Source: Leptospira sp.
GTDB taxonomy: Bacteria; Spirochaetota; Leptospiria; Leptospirales; Leptospiraceae
NCBI GenBank assembly: GCA_034439575.1
Contig: JAWXAQ010000027.1
Coordinates: 371,681-435,680 of the forward strand
Direction: 5' to 3'
Length of the DNA stretch: 64,000 nt
Shown: one piece after another, positions 39,286-49,820 of the stretch
How positions within the stretch are numbered: position 1 is the stretch's first letter
How the letters are laid out: every line of letters starts with the position of its first letter
Notes under the pieces: generated by a model
What the model saw: only the letters and a program-made list of their open reading frames with translations
The model's database searches: none
Told to the model about the DNA's origin: nothing
Made by a program: the position numbers and the translations under genes

Positions 39286-40713
39286 ATGAATTTAAAGAAA
39301 ATTTTATTAATTTCAATGTTTGTGGGAGCATTTGCTCCCATGTCTATTTTTGCTGAAGATGAAGTTTCAATCAAAAAACCAGAAGTCACAATCGAAGTTT
39401 TACAAGAACGATTAGCACAATTAGAAGCTAAACAAGAAAGTTCTAGTGTCGAGGCCGATTGGGTTTGGACTTGTATCGCAGCTTTTTTGGTATTTTTTAT
39501 GCAAGCCGGATTTGCTTACGTCGAAGCGGGTTTCACTCGCGCAAAAAATGCAGTAAATATCTTAATGAAAAACTTTTCTGACTTAACTGCGGGTGCCATC
39601 GCGTATTGGTTAGTTGGTTTTAGTATCATGTTTGGACCACAGATTCTTACTGGCTTTGGGGTGGGAATACCGACAATAGCTGAAAATTTGATCAATAATG
39701 CAGAAGGGGGATTTGATCCATCCAGTTATACTTTTTTTATGTTTCAAATTGTTTTTGCCGCGACTGCTGCCACGATAGTGTCTGGAGCCATGGCTGAAAG
39801 AACAAAGTTTGCTGCATACTTACTATTTTCTGTGATCATCACGGCTTTCATTTATCCCATGTTTGGTTCTCTCGCTTGGGGAGGATTATTCGGAAAAGGA
39901 ACAGGATTTTTAGAATCACTTAACATTGGCGCTGGTGAAAACGGAGAAGGTGCTAACTTTTTAGATTTTGCTGGATCTACCGTAGTACATAGTGTAGGTG
40001 CATGGGCTGGGCTTGCAGGTGCCATAATTGTAGGACCCAGACTTGGAAAATTCCAATCTGATGGTAGAGTATTCCCCATCCTCGGACATAATATGTCCAT
40101 GGCAGCCATAGGTGTATTTATATTGTGGTTTGGATGGTTTGGCTTTAACCCTGGTTCTACGACATCGATCAAAGGTGGAAGTTTTGCTGGTATTGCCGTT
40201 GTAACACATATGTCTGCATCTGCTGGCGCTCTCGGTGCAATGATTTTGACATGGTTCTTATTTAAAAAGCCAGAAATCGGTCTTACCTTAAATGGGGGGC
40301 TTGCAGGACTTGTCGCCATCACAGCTCCTTGCGATAGCGTGAGTATTACGGGAGCTGTCACTATTGGTTTTATCGCGGGTCTACTTGTTGTTATCAGTGT
40401 GCTCTTTTTTGATAAACTTAAAATAGATGATCCAGTCGGGGCAGTGTCTGTGCACGGTGTTTGCGGTGCTTGGGGTACACTCGCTGTTGGACTATTTAAT
40501 TTAAAATCAGGTCTTTTTTATGGGGGAGGATTTAGTCAATTAATTGCACAAATGATTGGCATTAGTATCGCCTTTGTTTGGGCTTTTGGAATCAGTTTGA
40601 TTATGTTTTTATTGATCAAATACACATTAGGTCTTCGTGTTTCAGAAGAAGAAGAGCTACTCGGACTAGATATTTTAGAACATGGGAATGAGGCTTATCC
40701 CGTTTCCAAATAA
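39286..40713 (+). CDS. amtB: Ammonium transporter
   Basis: FFMQAGFA, DFAGSTVVH, WFGWFGFN, DDPVGAVSVHG, GLDILEHG; signal peptide and short coiled coil at the N-terminus. Confidence 0.96.
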   Translation: MNLKKILLISMFVGAFAPMSIFAEDEVSIKKPEVTIEVLQERLAQLEAKQESSSVEADWVWTCIAAFLVFFMQAGFAYVEAGFTRAKNAVNILMKNFSDLTAGAIAYWLVGFSIMFGPQILTGFGVGIPTIAENLINNAEGGFDPSSYTFFMFQIVFAATAATIVSGAMAERTKFAAYLLFSVIITAFIYPMFGSLAWGGLFGKGTGFLESLNIGAGENGEGANFLDFAGSTVVHSVGAWAGLAGAIIVGPRLGKFQSDGRVFPILGHNMSMAAIGVFILWFGWFGFNPGSTTSIKGGSFAGIAVVTHMSASAGALGAMILTWFLFKKPEIGLTLNGGLAGLVAITAPCDSVSITGAVTIGFIAGLLVVISVLFFDKLKIDDPVGAVSVHGVCGAWGTLAVGLFNLKSGLFYGGGFSQLIAQMIGISIAFVWAFGISLIMFLLIKYTLGLRVSEEEELLGLDILEHGNEAYPVSK

Positions 40714-40724
40714 TTCTTGACCCT

Positions 40725-40744
40725 GGCTTCCCTAAGGGGAAGCC
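40725..40744. other. GC-rich hairpin downstream of amtB
   Basis: GGCTTCCC-TAAG-GGGAAGCC perfect 8-bp stem, no U tract. Confidence 0.5.
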
Positions 40745-40750
40745 TAGGAT

Positions 40751-41395
40751 GTGCGACGAATTCTTTCCATTGCTCTTTTATGTTTACCGCTACTCGGCTG
40801 TTTTGAATATGAAGAGACGATTCTTTTCAGAAAACCTAACTCTGGAACCGTAGAGATTGCCTACACAGTTCCTTTAAAAAAAGAATCTGCAGAATCACTG
40901 ATAAAATTTCTTCCTTCCGACTTGGCCTCCATAGAAAAAAAAATCAAATTAAAACCAAATAGTGGTCTTTCCATCCGAGATTTTACATTCAGAGAATTAG
41001 AAAAAATAGAAATTACAGATCCTATTTTCAAACGAAAAGGCCGAGTCTCTTACAAAATCGATTTTGAAGATCCTTCCCAATTGGAAGGTATCCTACTTGG
41101 AAATTTTGTCGCCAAACAGAAAGCTCGTTCTCTGAATATCAAACGCGAATTTCCCAATATGTCAGAATTTTCTGCCACAGAAGAAAGTGTGGGTGAAAAA
41201 AAGATTATCGGGGAAACGTTACGCCTGTTAAAGGAAGGCAAAATGCAATTCCGCGTTTTATTTCCCAAAGATTCAGAATGTTTGTCTAACCGAGGTCTTG
41301 TTGGTTTAGGAAACGTAGTTTATAGTTTTCCTTTGCAAGACACCATTGAAAATGCAGATGCTAAAAGTTGGGAATATAAAATTAGATTTTTTTGA
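40751..41395 (+). CDS. Putative lipoprotein
   Basis: Signal peptide ending in LLGC lipobox; CFEYEETI...SG. Confidence 0.7.
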   Translation: MRRILSIALLCLPLLGCFEYEETILFRKPNSGTVEIAYTVPLKKESAESLIKFLPSDLASIEKKIKLKPNSGLSIRDFTFRELEKIEITDPIFKRKGRVSYKIDFEDPSQLEGILLGNFVAKQKARSLNIKREFPNMSEFSATEESVGEKKIIGETLRLLKEGKMQFRVLFPKDSECLSNRGLVGLGNVVYSFPLQDTIENADAKSWEYKIRFF

Positions 41396-41411
41396 TATAG
41401 CTCGCTATCGG

Positions 41412-42167
41412 TTATTTCTTTTCCAATAATCCTAATTTTTGGCAAGTTTCTATATACAATTCAAATCCCTTTAAGTTTTTTTCTTCGGGAATATAATGAA
41501 GTTCCTTTTTTAGATAACGATCCACAATCGCTGTCGGCAAACGAGTTTCATTTTGAATGATTTCATCTAAATGTGCCATTCCATAATCCAAAGCTTGAAT
41601 GAAAATGGAATCTAGGATAGGACGATCTTTTGGATAGGCCCAGAACGCAAAACAAAAGTAAGTATTTGTAATTTGGTTCCACCAGGTCGCAAGATCCACA
41701 ATTTTATAATTTGGTTTTGCATTATGTAAAAGGGCATGATCGCCAAAAAGTAAATGGGAACCTATCCCATTCTCCATCATAGATTCAATTTTTGCCGCCG
41801 GTGTAGGTAAAACTTCTGGCATTTGATTGAAATTCAAATGAAATAGACATTGGAGCAATGCCACACTCGCCCTAGATCCGCTGTCTGTATAAATTTTATC
41901 GGATGGGAATGTTTCATTTTTATTTTGATAAAAAAGAACAGAACGAACCAGATCCTTGGCACAAACCCCGACCGATTTTGAAAAGGACAAAGTATCAATA
42001 TTGCGTATGCATTCTATCGAAGAAATAAGGGCTAAGTCCAATTTTGATTCTTTGAGTAGTTCTACGAGTATACTTGGGTGATCATAGATGGCTTCGTATC
42101 CTTCCATTTTCTCAAAGTAATATGTGAGCGGTCTTGCATTTAGATGTTTAACAATACCAATTTTCAT
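41412..42167 (-). CDS. mqnA: Chorismate dehydratase (futalosine pathway)
   Basis: HLNARPL, VRSV, SRASVALL, LLFGDHAL, DLATWW...FCFAFW. Confidence 0.85.
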   Translation of the reverse strand: MKIGIVKHLNARPLTYYFEKMEGYEAIYDHPSILVELLKESKLDLALISSIECIRNIDTLSFSKSVGVCAKDLVRSVLFYQNKNETFPSDKIYTDSGSRASVALLQCLFHLNFNQMPEVLPTPAAKIESMMENGIGSHLLFGDHALLHNAKPNYKIVDLATWWNQITNTYFCFAFWAYPKDRPILDSIFIQALDYGMAHLDEIIQNETRLPTAIVDRYLKKELHYIPEEKNLKGFELYIETCQKLGLLEKK

Positions 42168-42237
42168 TCCAGAATCAGATTAGAAAAAACAGCTTGTCAG
42201 ACCACAAAAATATTATTAATTCTGCCATGGAGCCTTA

Positions 42238-43095
42238 ATGGATTTCAAAGCTATACTCAATACCATCGGAGACCCTGAGTTTGATTTTATAAAGGATCTT
42301 ATTTATAAACAAGCAGGCATTTTTCTTGCTCCTCATAAAAAAATAATGGTTCAGTCACGTCTCAATACGAGACTTAGAACTCTTGAAATTCCATCCTACG
42401 AAGAATACGTGTCTCGTTTAAAAAGGGATTCAAAATTTGCAGCCGATGAAATGCAAGAATTGATCAATCGCATAACAACGAATAAAACAGACTTTTTTCG
42501 AGAAAATCACCATTTTGAATTTTTACGCGATAAATATTTACCAGCCATAGAAGAGGCAAATAAAACGGGAGCACCTAAAAGTGTAAGAATTTGGTGTTCT
42601 GCTTCTTCTACCGGAGAAGAACCTTATTCCATTGCCATTACACTTTTTGATTATTTTCAAAATAAACCAGGTTGGAATATTAAAATATTTGCATCTGATA
42701 TTGATACAGCCGTATTAAAAACAGCCCAAGAAGGAATTTATCGTGCAGATAGACTTGATCCTGTTAGCGAAGCATTGAAATTAAAACACTTCACAAAACA
42801 GGTCGTTGGTGATGTTATTTCATATCAAGCAAAGGCCCACTTAAAAAGCCTAATCGAATTCAAACAAATTAATTTGTTAAATTATCCTTTTCCCATTAAG
42901 GAAAAAGTGGATTTGATATTTTGTCGGAATGTGGTTATTTATTTTGATAAACAAACACAAAAAACTTTGTTTGCCCAATTCGAAGAACAATTGAAACCGC
43001 TAGGGTATCTTATCTTAGGCCATTCGGAAACCATGTTTGGGATTTCTGATAAATTTAAATTTCTCGGCCATACCATTTATCAGAAAAAAGTTTAA
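42238..43095 (+). CDS. cheR: Chemotaxis protein methyltransferase
   Basis: [37 protein letters not shown]. Confidence 0.95.
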   Translation: MDFKAILNTIGDPEFDFIKDLIYKQAGIFLAPHKKIMVQSRLNTRLRTLEIPSYEEYVSRLKRDSKFAADEMQELINRITTNKTDFFRENHHFEFLRDKYLPAIEEANKTGAPKSVRIWCSASSTGEEPYSIAITLFDYFQNKPGWNIKIFASDIDTAVLKTAQEGIYRADRLDPVSEALKLKHFTKQVVGDVISYQAKAHLKSLIEFKQINLLNYPFPIKEKVDLIFCRNVVIYFDKQTQKTLFAQFEEQLKPLGYLILGHSETMFGISDKFKFLGHTIYQKKV

Positions 43096-43598
43096 TCATT
43101 CCATAGTGCTTTTAATTGTTCAAGCATAGCATAGGGTTCATAAATAACAACCCTCGTATTTGCAAATACATCCAAAAAGCCAGCTTCATTTGGAAATCTA
43201 GGAACTATATGTTGGTGGATATGGGGTATGGAACCTCCACTATTTTTTCCTAAATTATAACCCAAATTAAATCCCAGCACATTCCAGTGTTTCTCTAAAA
43301 TACCTATTGTTTTTTGAGTGAGTCTGTGGATATCCAACGCCTCTTCGTCATTCAATTCTTTATAGGAAATGATATGCCTTTTGGGAAATATAATGATATG
43401 ACCAGGGTTATACGGAAACAAATTTACAGAAACGATGGAAAGTTCAGATTCGAAAATGGATAGGTTCGGAACAATTTCATTTTGATCCCTGACGCCACAA
43501 AGGATACAATCAACGGGAGGTCTTTCTCCTTTGGCATAACCTAGTTTTCCTACACTAAAAAGATTTTTTCTATGTGAATGTTCATCGAAAGAAGCCAT
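43092..43598 (-). CDS. HIT-family hydrolase
   Basis: [29 protein letters not shown]. Confidence 0.9.
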   Translation of the reverse strand: MASFDEHSHRKNLFSVGKLGYAKGERPPVDCILCGVRDQNEIVPNLSIFESELSIVSVNLFPYNPGHIIIFPKRHIISYKELNDEEALDIHRLTQKTIGILEKHWNVLGFNLGYNLGKNSGGSIPHIHQHIVPRFPNEAGFLDVFANTRVVIYEPYAMLEQLKALWND

Positions 43599-43642
43599 GA
43601 ATACTTTCAATATCAAGTGATCATTAAAGGATTGCAAGGATT

Positions 43643-44602
43643 TTGAAAAATATTAATAAAGAAAGTAAGCAAGTGATATTAAATCCGCATATACCAGTTC
43701 TGCCGAGCGAAGTCTTAGAACTTTTGTCTTTTACTGCCTATCCACCTCCAAAATGGATCTTGGATGCTACAGCAGGTGAAGGTGGCCACTCTAAGCTGAT
43801 GTTAGAAAAATATCCCGAAGCGAAATTGGTTCTCATTGATCGGGACCAAGTCATGCTTGATCGAGCTCTTGGAAATGTATCCAATCAAACTCGTGTGTTT
43901 CCCTTTCAGATGAATTTTTCCGAAGTCGATGAAAATTTACTTCGTGGGATAAACTGCCCGGGACTTGATGCGATCTTAATCGATCTAGGAGTTTCCTTAT
44001 TTCACTTTTTGCATTCGGGACGTGGTTTTACTTTCAAACAAGAAGAACCTTTAGATATGCGATTGGAGCCAGAAATCGGAAACCAAACTGCAGCAGATGT
44101 CCTAAATTACAGTACAGTTTTGCATTTAAAAAAAGTATTTTGGGATTATGGAGAAGAACGCTGGGCTTTAAAAATTGCAAATAATATTGTCCAGACAAGG
44201 CAAAAGAAAAAATTTCAAACAAATATGGATCTTTCCAAAATCGTGGAAGCCTCGATTCCTCGGAAATTTTGGCCCAAGGAATCCCATCCTGCTACTAAGG
44301 TTTTTCAAGCACTACGAATTGAAGTGAATGAAGAATTACTCCACGCAGAAAAAGGAATTCGTAGTCTCTCAGAGCTATTAAATCCAGGTGGGGTAATGGC
44401 TTGCATTTCCTTCCATTCCCTGGAAGATCGCATCGTCAAGTGGACCTTTCGTGATTTGCAAGCAAATGGTGGTTATTCGATTTTAACCAAAAAACCCATT
44501 TTACCGACAGATGAAGAAATTCGACAAAATCGCGCATCAAGATCGGCAAAGCTTAGGGGATTACAAAAAGAATTTCCGATACTTACATTAGATGAATCTT
44601 AG
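43643..44602 (+). CDS. rsmH: 16S rRNA m4C1402 methyltransferase
   Basis: [49 protein letters not shown]; the start may be GTG 43673. Confidence 0.95.
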   Translation: MKNINKESKQVILNPHIPVLPSEVLELLSFTAYPPPKWILDATAGEGGHSKLMLEKYPEAKLVLIDRDQVMLDRALGNVSNQTRVFPFQMNFSEVDENLLRGINCPGLDAILIDLGVSLFHFLHSGRGFTFKQEEPLDMRLEPEIGNQTAADVLNYSTVLHLKKVFWDYGEERWALKIANNIVQTRQKKKFQTNMDLSKIVEASIPRKFWPKESHPATKVFQALRIEVNEELLHAEKGIRSLSELLNPGGVMACISFHSLEDRIVKWTFRDLQANGGYSILTKKPILPTDEEIRQNRASRSAKLRGLQKEFPILTLDES

Positions 44603-44951
44603 GTTAAACTTACCTTTCAAATCTTTGCCATACAAATTATGGCAGACTTTGTTACCTTTAGAACCCATCCTTTATTTATTTCCATTTATACTTTTGTTTT
44701 ATTTTTCTGTTTGGCAAGGCATTGAAACAGCCAAATGGAAGCGTTTGATCCATGAAAAATCATCCGAAAAAGAAGATCTCATTAGAAAGAATGATGATCT
44801 AAAAATTGGAATTGTATCTTATACTTCAGCCGAAAGAATTGAAGCATTGTATCGTCAAACCTATCAATTTTTACCCATCAGTTTAGGAAATAGAATCATT
44901 ACAATCGAGTTGCCACCTGAACCGATCGGCAAAGAAAAGGATTCATTTTGA
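44592..44951 (+). CDS. FtsL-like cell division protein
   Basis: Follows rsmH; TM helix, coiled coil, S.ERIE. Confidence 0.6.
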   Translation: MNLRLNLPFKSLPYKLWQTLLPLEPILYLFPFILLFYFSVWQGIETAKWKRLIHEKSSEKEDLIRKNDDLKIGIVSYTSAERIEALYRQTYQFLPISLGNRIITIELPPEPIGKEKDSF

Positions 44952-46462
44952 AATTAGCGGATATTATCAAAAAACTGCCAGAAATTAGAATCAGAAAAGG
45001 AGATTCAAATCTAGAAGTTTCATACATTCAGTCCGATACGAGAAAGTTATCAGTTAATGATATTTTTGTATTACCAGAAGGACAAAACGAACATTATGCG
45101 AATTTTATAAATTCCGCATTAACTTCTGGAATTAAAAATATTCTCATTGGACCTGGGCATATCAAAATACCTGGAATAGAAAAATTTGATACAATCCTCG
45201 AAACAGATTCTTATCTAGGTGATGTGCATGGTAAATTAGCACATTTACTTGCTGGTAGCCCGAGTAAAAAATTAAAGGTCGTTGGTATCACTGGCACCAA
45301 TGGAAAAACTTCACTCACATTTATACTATTTCATATTGCAACTAAATTAGGAAAAAGATGTGCGCTGATTGGGACCGTTCATATTCGAATCTTAGATGAG
45401 ATTTTAGAAACTGGATACACAACTCCTGATGCATCATCACTCAATTTGTTACTAAAAGAGATGGTGGAAAAGAAAATAGAGTATGTCTTTATGGAAATGA
45501 GTTCCCATGGACTGAAACTTGGTCGGACAAGTGGCATCGAAGTCCAAGCCGTCGCATTTACAAACCTAACACAAGATCATATGGACTTTCATCATGATAT
45601 GGAAGATTATTTACTTAGTAAATTTAAAATTTTTCAACTGCTAGAACAATCCACTCAAACAAACAAATTTGGAATCGTCGCCTCTGATGTGATAGGTGGC
45701 AAACAGATGATAGAAAAATTGAAAGAGGCAAATTTCACTTCACCAATTTATATACTTGGAAATTCGGGAGAGTTCAATTATTCTCATGCAAAATTAGCGA
45801 TTACTTCTAGTGAATTCCGTCTTCATAAAAAAGAAAAAAATCTTCCTTTCATCGAAGTAAGAAGTGCAAAAACAAATTTGCTTGGAAATTTTAATATATT
45901 CAATGTTAGTTTAGCCGCTTTTATCTCTTTGGAGCTGGGTTTTAATTGGGATGAAATAATAAATACAATAGAATCTATTCCTACCGTTCCAGGAAGATTT
46001 CAAGTTGTTCCGTCACCGGATAAAACACGTATTGCCGTAATAGATTATGCACATACACCAGATGCCTTAGAAAACATTTTGAAAAGCTGTGAAGAAATTT
46101 CTTCAAAACAGATTATTTGTATATTTGGATGTGGGGGAGATCGTGATCGAACCAAACGACCATTAATGGCAAAAATTGCGGAAGATCACTCTGACTATGT
46201 TATATTAACATCTGACAATCCACGTACAGAAAATCCTAAAACTATATTGGATGAAATTGAAGCAGGATTTTCTCGTGGATTCAAAAGATTTGAAACCATC
46301 ATAGATCGCAGGGAAGCCATTAAAAGAGGCATTGCACTTTTAGAAAAAGATGGGATCCTTGTCGTTGCCGGAAAAGGGCACGAAACGTATCAAATTATTG
46401 GCAAAGAGAAATTTGAATTTGTCGATTATGAAGAAGTAGAGCGCGCATTTAAAAGTATTTAA
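44948..46462 (+). CDS. murE: UDP-MurNAc-tripeptide synthetase (meso-DAP type)
   Basis: GITGTNGKTS, TTPD, MEMSSH, DYAHTPDAL, SDNPR, GKGHE. Confidence 0.96.
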   Translation: MKLADIIKKLPEIRIRKGDSNLEVSYIQSDTRKLSVNDIFVLPEGQNEHYANFINSALTSGIKNILIGPGHIKIPGIEKFDTILETDSYLGDVHGKLAHLLAGSPSKKLKVVGITGTNGKTSLTFILFHIATKLGKRCALIGTVHIRILDEILETGYTTPDASSLNLLLKEMVEKKIEYVFMEMSSHGLKLGRTSGIEVQAVAFTNLTQDHMDFHHDMEDYLLSKFKIFQLLEQSTQTNKFGIVASDVIGGKQMIEKLKEANFTSPIYILGNSGEFNYSHAKLAITSSEFRLHKKEKNLPFIEVRSAKTNLLGNFNIFNVSLAAFISLELGFNWDEIINTIESIPTVPGRFQVVPSPDKTRIAVIDYAHTPDALENILKSCEEISSKQIICIFGCGGDRDRTKRPLMAKIAEDHSDYVILTSDNPRTENPKTILDEIEAGFSRGFKRFETIIDRREAIKRGIALLEKDGILVVAGKGHETYQIIGKEKFEFVDYEEVERAFKSI

Positions 46463-46478
46463 TTAATAAGTAGGTTTT

Positions 46479-47591
46479 ATGTTTCTTTGGATTTATGAAA
46501 GTTTCGGAAATGACATCGGTTTTTTTAGAATATTTCACTACGTAACTTTTCGTGCCATGATGGCAGGCCTAACGGCCATGTTCTTCACATTTATATACGG
46601 ACGTTCCATGATCGATTTTTTAAAATCTTTAAAATTTAAAGAATCAATTCGAAACGATGGACCGGAGTCACATGCATCAAAATCAGGAACGCCTACCATG
46701 GGTGGTCTGATGATGATCATTTCACTTACCATTTCTGTTTTACTTTGGGGCAATCTAAAAAATTGGAATGTGATATTGCTTTTGATATCTGCCATTTCTT
46801 TTTGCACACTTGGATTTTTGGACGACTATATGAAATCAGTGAAAAAAATCAAAGGTGGTATGAGGGCACGCACAAAATTTTTGATCACCATACTGATAGC
46901 TGTTAGTGTCACTTGTTGTTTTTATTTTATTACTGGAAATCCAAACACAATTGCAAGTAAGGGAATCCTTTTTGATATTACAGATCTTTTTATTCCCTTT
47001 TTAAAAGGACCGCTTCTAAACCTAGGGATATATGCGATTCCTTTCGCCATTATTGTATTAATCGGTAGTTCTCATGCAGTCAATCTAACAGATGGATTGG
47101 ATGGTTTGGCTACTGGAACCGTTGTGATCGCTTCAGCTACAATGGCGATATTAGCTTATGTTTCAGGAACACCCGTTGCTGCAAATTATTTGAATATTCC
47201 GTATTTACCAGGTGCACATGAGTATGCTGTCTTTTTAGCAGGTCTTTGTGGTGCTTTGATCGGTTTTCTTTGGTTCAATTGCCATCCCGCACAAGTGTTT
47301 ATGGGTGATACAGGTTCATTATTTTTAGGATCAACTTTGGGTTTAACGGCAATTATGCTTAAAAAAGAATTTTTATTAATTATATTAGGTGGAATCTTTG
47401 TTGCCGAAGCACTAAGCGTCATTCTTCAAGTTGGTTCTTTTAAGTTGCGTGGCAAACGAATCTTCAAAATGGCACCACTTCATCATCACTTTGAACTAAG
47501 CGGTTGGTCAGAAGAAAAGGTGGTGATACGATTTTGGATTATAGGAATTATACTCGCCATAATATCTCTTTCTACATTAAAAATTCAATAA
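46479..47591 (+). CDS. mraY: Phospho-MurNAc-pentapeptide transferase
   Basis: [37 protein letters not shown]. Confidence 0.97.
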   Translation: MFLWIYESFGNDIGFFRIFHYVTFRAMMAGLTAMFFTFIYGRSMIDFLKSLKFKESIRNDGPESHASKSGTPTMGGLMMIISLTISVLLWGNLKNWNVILLLISAISFCTLGFLDDYMKSVKKIKGGMRARTKFLITILIAVSVTCCFYFITGNPNTIASKGILFDITDLFIPFLKGPLLNLGIYAIPFAIIVLIGSSHAVNLTDGLDGLATGTVVIASATMAILAYVSGTPVAANYLNIPYLPGAHEYAVFLAGLCGALIGFLWFNCHPAQVFMGDTGSLFLGSTLGLTAIMLKKEFLLIILGGIFVAEALSVILQVGSFKLRGKRIFKMAPLHHHFELSGWSEEKVVIRFWIIGIILAIISLSTLKIQ

Positions 47592-47594
47592 ACA

Positions 47595-48734
47595 ATGTGG
47601 CAAAGGTTCAAACAAATTTTAGGGTTTGGTCATAGAATTGTAGATTTACCTTTGTTATATGCAATATTTGCACTTTTTGGATTTGGAATAATAGTAATGT
47701 TTAGTGCATCCGTTATTCCTGCCGAAAGGGAATTTTCAGATCCATATTATTATTTAAAAAAACAAATGATTTGGGGAGGGATAGGAATATTCTTTTTTTT
47801 AATATTTATACAAATCCCTTACCAAATGCTTGTTAAATTATCTTTCCCTTTTTGTTTGCTTAGTATCATCCTTTTGATTTCAGTTTTTATTCCAGGTTTA
47901 GGCAAATCAGTTGGGACTTCCTATGGTCGGAATTTTAATCGATGGATTCAAATAGGTGGGTTTCAAATTCAACCTTCTGAATTCAGTAAAATAAGTTTAT
48001 TATTATTTCTTTCCTTATTTTTTCAAAACTTTGATCCTAAAAAATTTCAATGGAATAGAAAACAACTAATCTCCATCATAACTATTCTTTCCATTTTGTT
48101 TTTAATCGTCATCGAACCTGCGTTTGGTACTACTGTTGAAATAATGGTTGTTATATTTTTTTTCCTTATAATGACTGGATTCCCATTAAAGAGAATCATA
48201 TTTTTGGGATTGGCAATATTGCCGTTATTATTTGTTTTAATTACGCAAGTTGGATACAGAAAGAAAAGATTAGAAATATGGCTTGATCCCTATAAATTTC
48301 GCTTTGATGAAGGTCATCAATTAGTCACTTCCTTTCGTGCATTTTTTGATGGAGGGACATTCGGAACGCCCATTGGTTCAGGATATTCGCATAGGTATTT
48401 AGCATACAGTCATACGGATTTTGTCCTAGCGGCTTTTGTGGAGGACTTTGGATTTATTGGATTTAGTATTTTTATAGTGATTGTGCTTTTTCTTTTAGTT
48501 CGTATATTTTTTTTATTACAGAAATTAAAAGATAAATCGGGACTTTATTTAGGAACCGGCATACTTTTACTTTTAGCAATTCAGTTTATCATAAACTTAT
48601 ATGTAGTCACTGGTCTTTTCCCTGTGACGGGAATCTCACTTCCATTTTTAAGTTATGGTGGATCTTCATTGATCACGATTTTTATCTTGATGGGAATTCT
48701 TGCCAATATAACTAAAAAAGAGAATTTGGCATAA
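47595..48734 (+). CDS. ftsW: SEDS peptidoglycan polymerase FtsW
   Basis: [33 protein letters not shown]; dcw context. Confidence 0.9.
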   Translation: MWQRFKQILGFGHRIVDLPLLYAIFALFGFGIIVMFSASVIPAEREFSDPYYYLKKQMIWGGIGIFFFLIFIQIPYQMLVKLSFPFCLLSIILLISVFIPGLGKSVGTSYGRNFNRWIQIGGFQIQPSEFSKISLLLFLSLFFQNFDPKKFQWNRKQLISIITILSILFLIVIEPAFGTTVEIMVVIFFFLIMTGFPLKRIIFLGLAILPLLFVLITQVGYRKKRLEIWLDPYKFRFDEGHQLVTSFRAFFDGGTFGTPIGSGYSHRYLAYSHTDFVLAAFVEDFGFIGFSIFIVIVLFLLVRIFFLLQKLKDKSGLYLGTGILLLLAIQFIINLYVVTGLFPVTGISLPFLSYGGSSLITIFILMGILANITKKENLA

Positions 48735-49819
48735 TGAAAGAAACGGTTATTATCGCAGCGGGTGGAACGGGTGGTCATATTTCTCCTGGAGTTGCTCTCG
48801 CTGAGATTCTAGTCCTAAAGAAAGAGACTTTTCATCTAGAGAATGTATTCCTTCATTCACTAACGAGAAACAAAGACAATCCAGATTTATTATCACCACC
48901 TTGCGAAGTTATATGGCATAATATGCCTCAGCTAAAAGGTTTTAAAATTATTATTTTCCCATTTTTGTTTATTTTTCAATTTATATTAACAATTTTCATA
49001 TTTCAAAAAAGAGGAGTAACGTCTGTTATCGGAATGGGTGGGTATTCCAGTTTCCCTGCCATTTTGTATTCTATACTGTTCCGTAAAAAACTTTTTTTAT
49101 GCGAACAAAATTGTATACCAGGAAAAATTACTCGAATCTTCAATCGATTCGCTAAAAAAATAGCCCTTAGTTTCCCGATCAATGAAACAATTTTAAAAAA
49201 TCTTGAAAACAAAGTCATTGGCAATCCAATTCGCACTAAAGTGATACCGGAACATTTAAACATTCGTCAGAATGAAAATTTACATGATAGCAAAAAGAAC
49301 ATTGTCAACATACTCGTTTTAGGTGGATCTCAAGGTGCACGCCAATTGAATAATATGATTTTACGCACCATGGAAAATTCTGATATAGCTCAAAAATTTA
49401 GATTTCGTCTTTTAACTGGAAATTCTCTTTATGATGAAACCGTTAAAAAATCCAAAGGATCTGCTGAAATTATTTCTTATGCGAATGATATGAAACCTAA
49501 CTATGAATGGGCGAATATTGTTGTCGCAAGGTCAGGAGCTGGTGTCATTGCCGAATGTTTGATTTTTGGTTTACCAATGGTATTGATTCCTTATCCTTAT
49601 GCCGCAGATAATCATCAAAAAGAAAACGCAGAATACATCGAAAGTGAAGGTGCGGCGGTGACAATACATTCTACTTCCGATGATCCTTCTGCTTTGGTTC
49701 GATATTTATTGGAATGGAAATCAAATCCAGAAATTTTGAAAGAGATGGGACACAATTCATTACGTCTATCGAATGTGAATGCCGCCTATCAGACTGTAGC
49801 TTATTTTTTTCCACATTGA
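48734..49819 (+). CDS. murG: Lipid II GlcNAc transferase
   Basis: GGTGGH, GGY, EQN, GGSQGA, RSGA, HQKENA. Confidence 0.96.
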   Translation: MKETVIIAAGGTGGHISPGVALAEILVLKKETFHLENVFLHSLTRNKDNPDLLSPPCEVIWHNMPQLKGFKIIIFPFLFIFQFILTIFIFQKRGVTSVIGMGGYSSFPAILYSILFRKKLFLCEQNCIPGKITRIFNRFAKKIALSFPINETILKNLENKVIGNPIRTKVIPEHLNIRQNENLHDSKKNIVNILVLGGSQGARQLNNMILRTMENSDIAQKFRFRLLTGNSLYDETVKKSKGSAEIISYANDMKPNYEWANIVVARSGAGVIAECLIFGLPMVLIPYPYAADNHQKENAEYIESEGAAVTIHSTSDDPSALVRYLLEWKSNPEILKEMGHNSLRLSNVNAAYQTVAYFFPH

Positions 49820-49820
49820 T

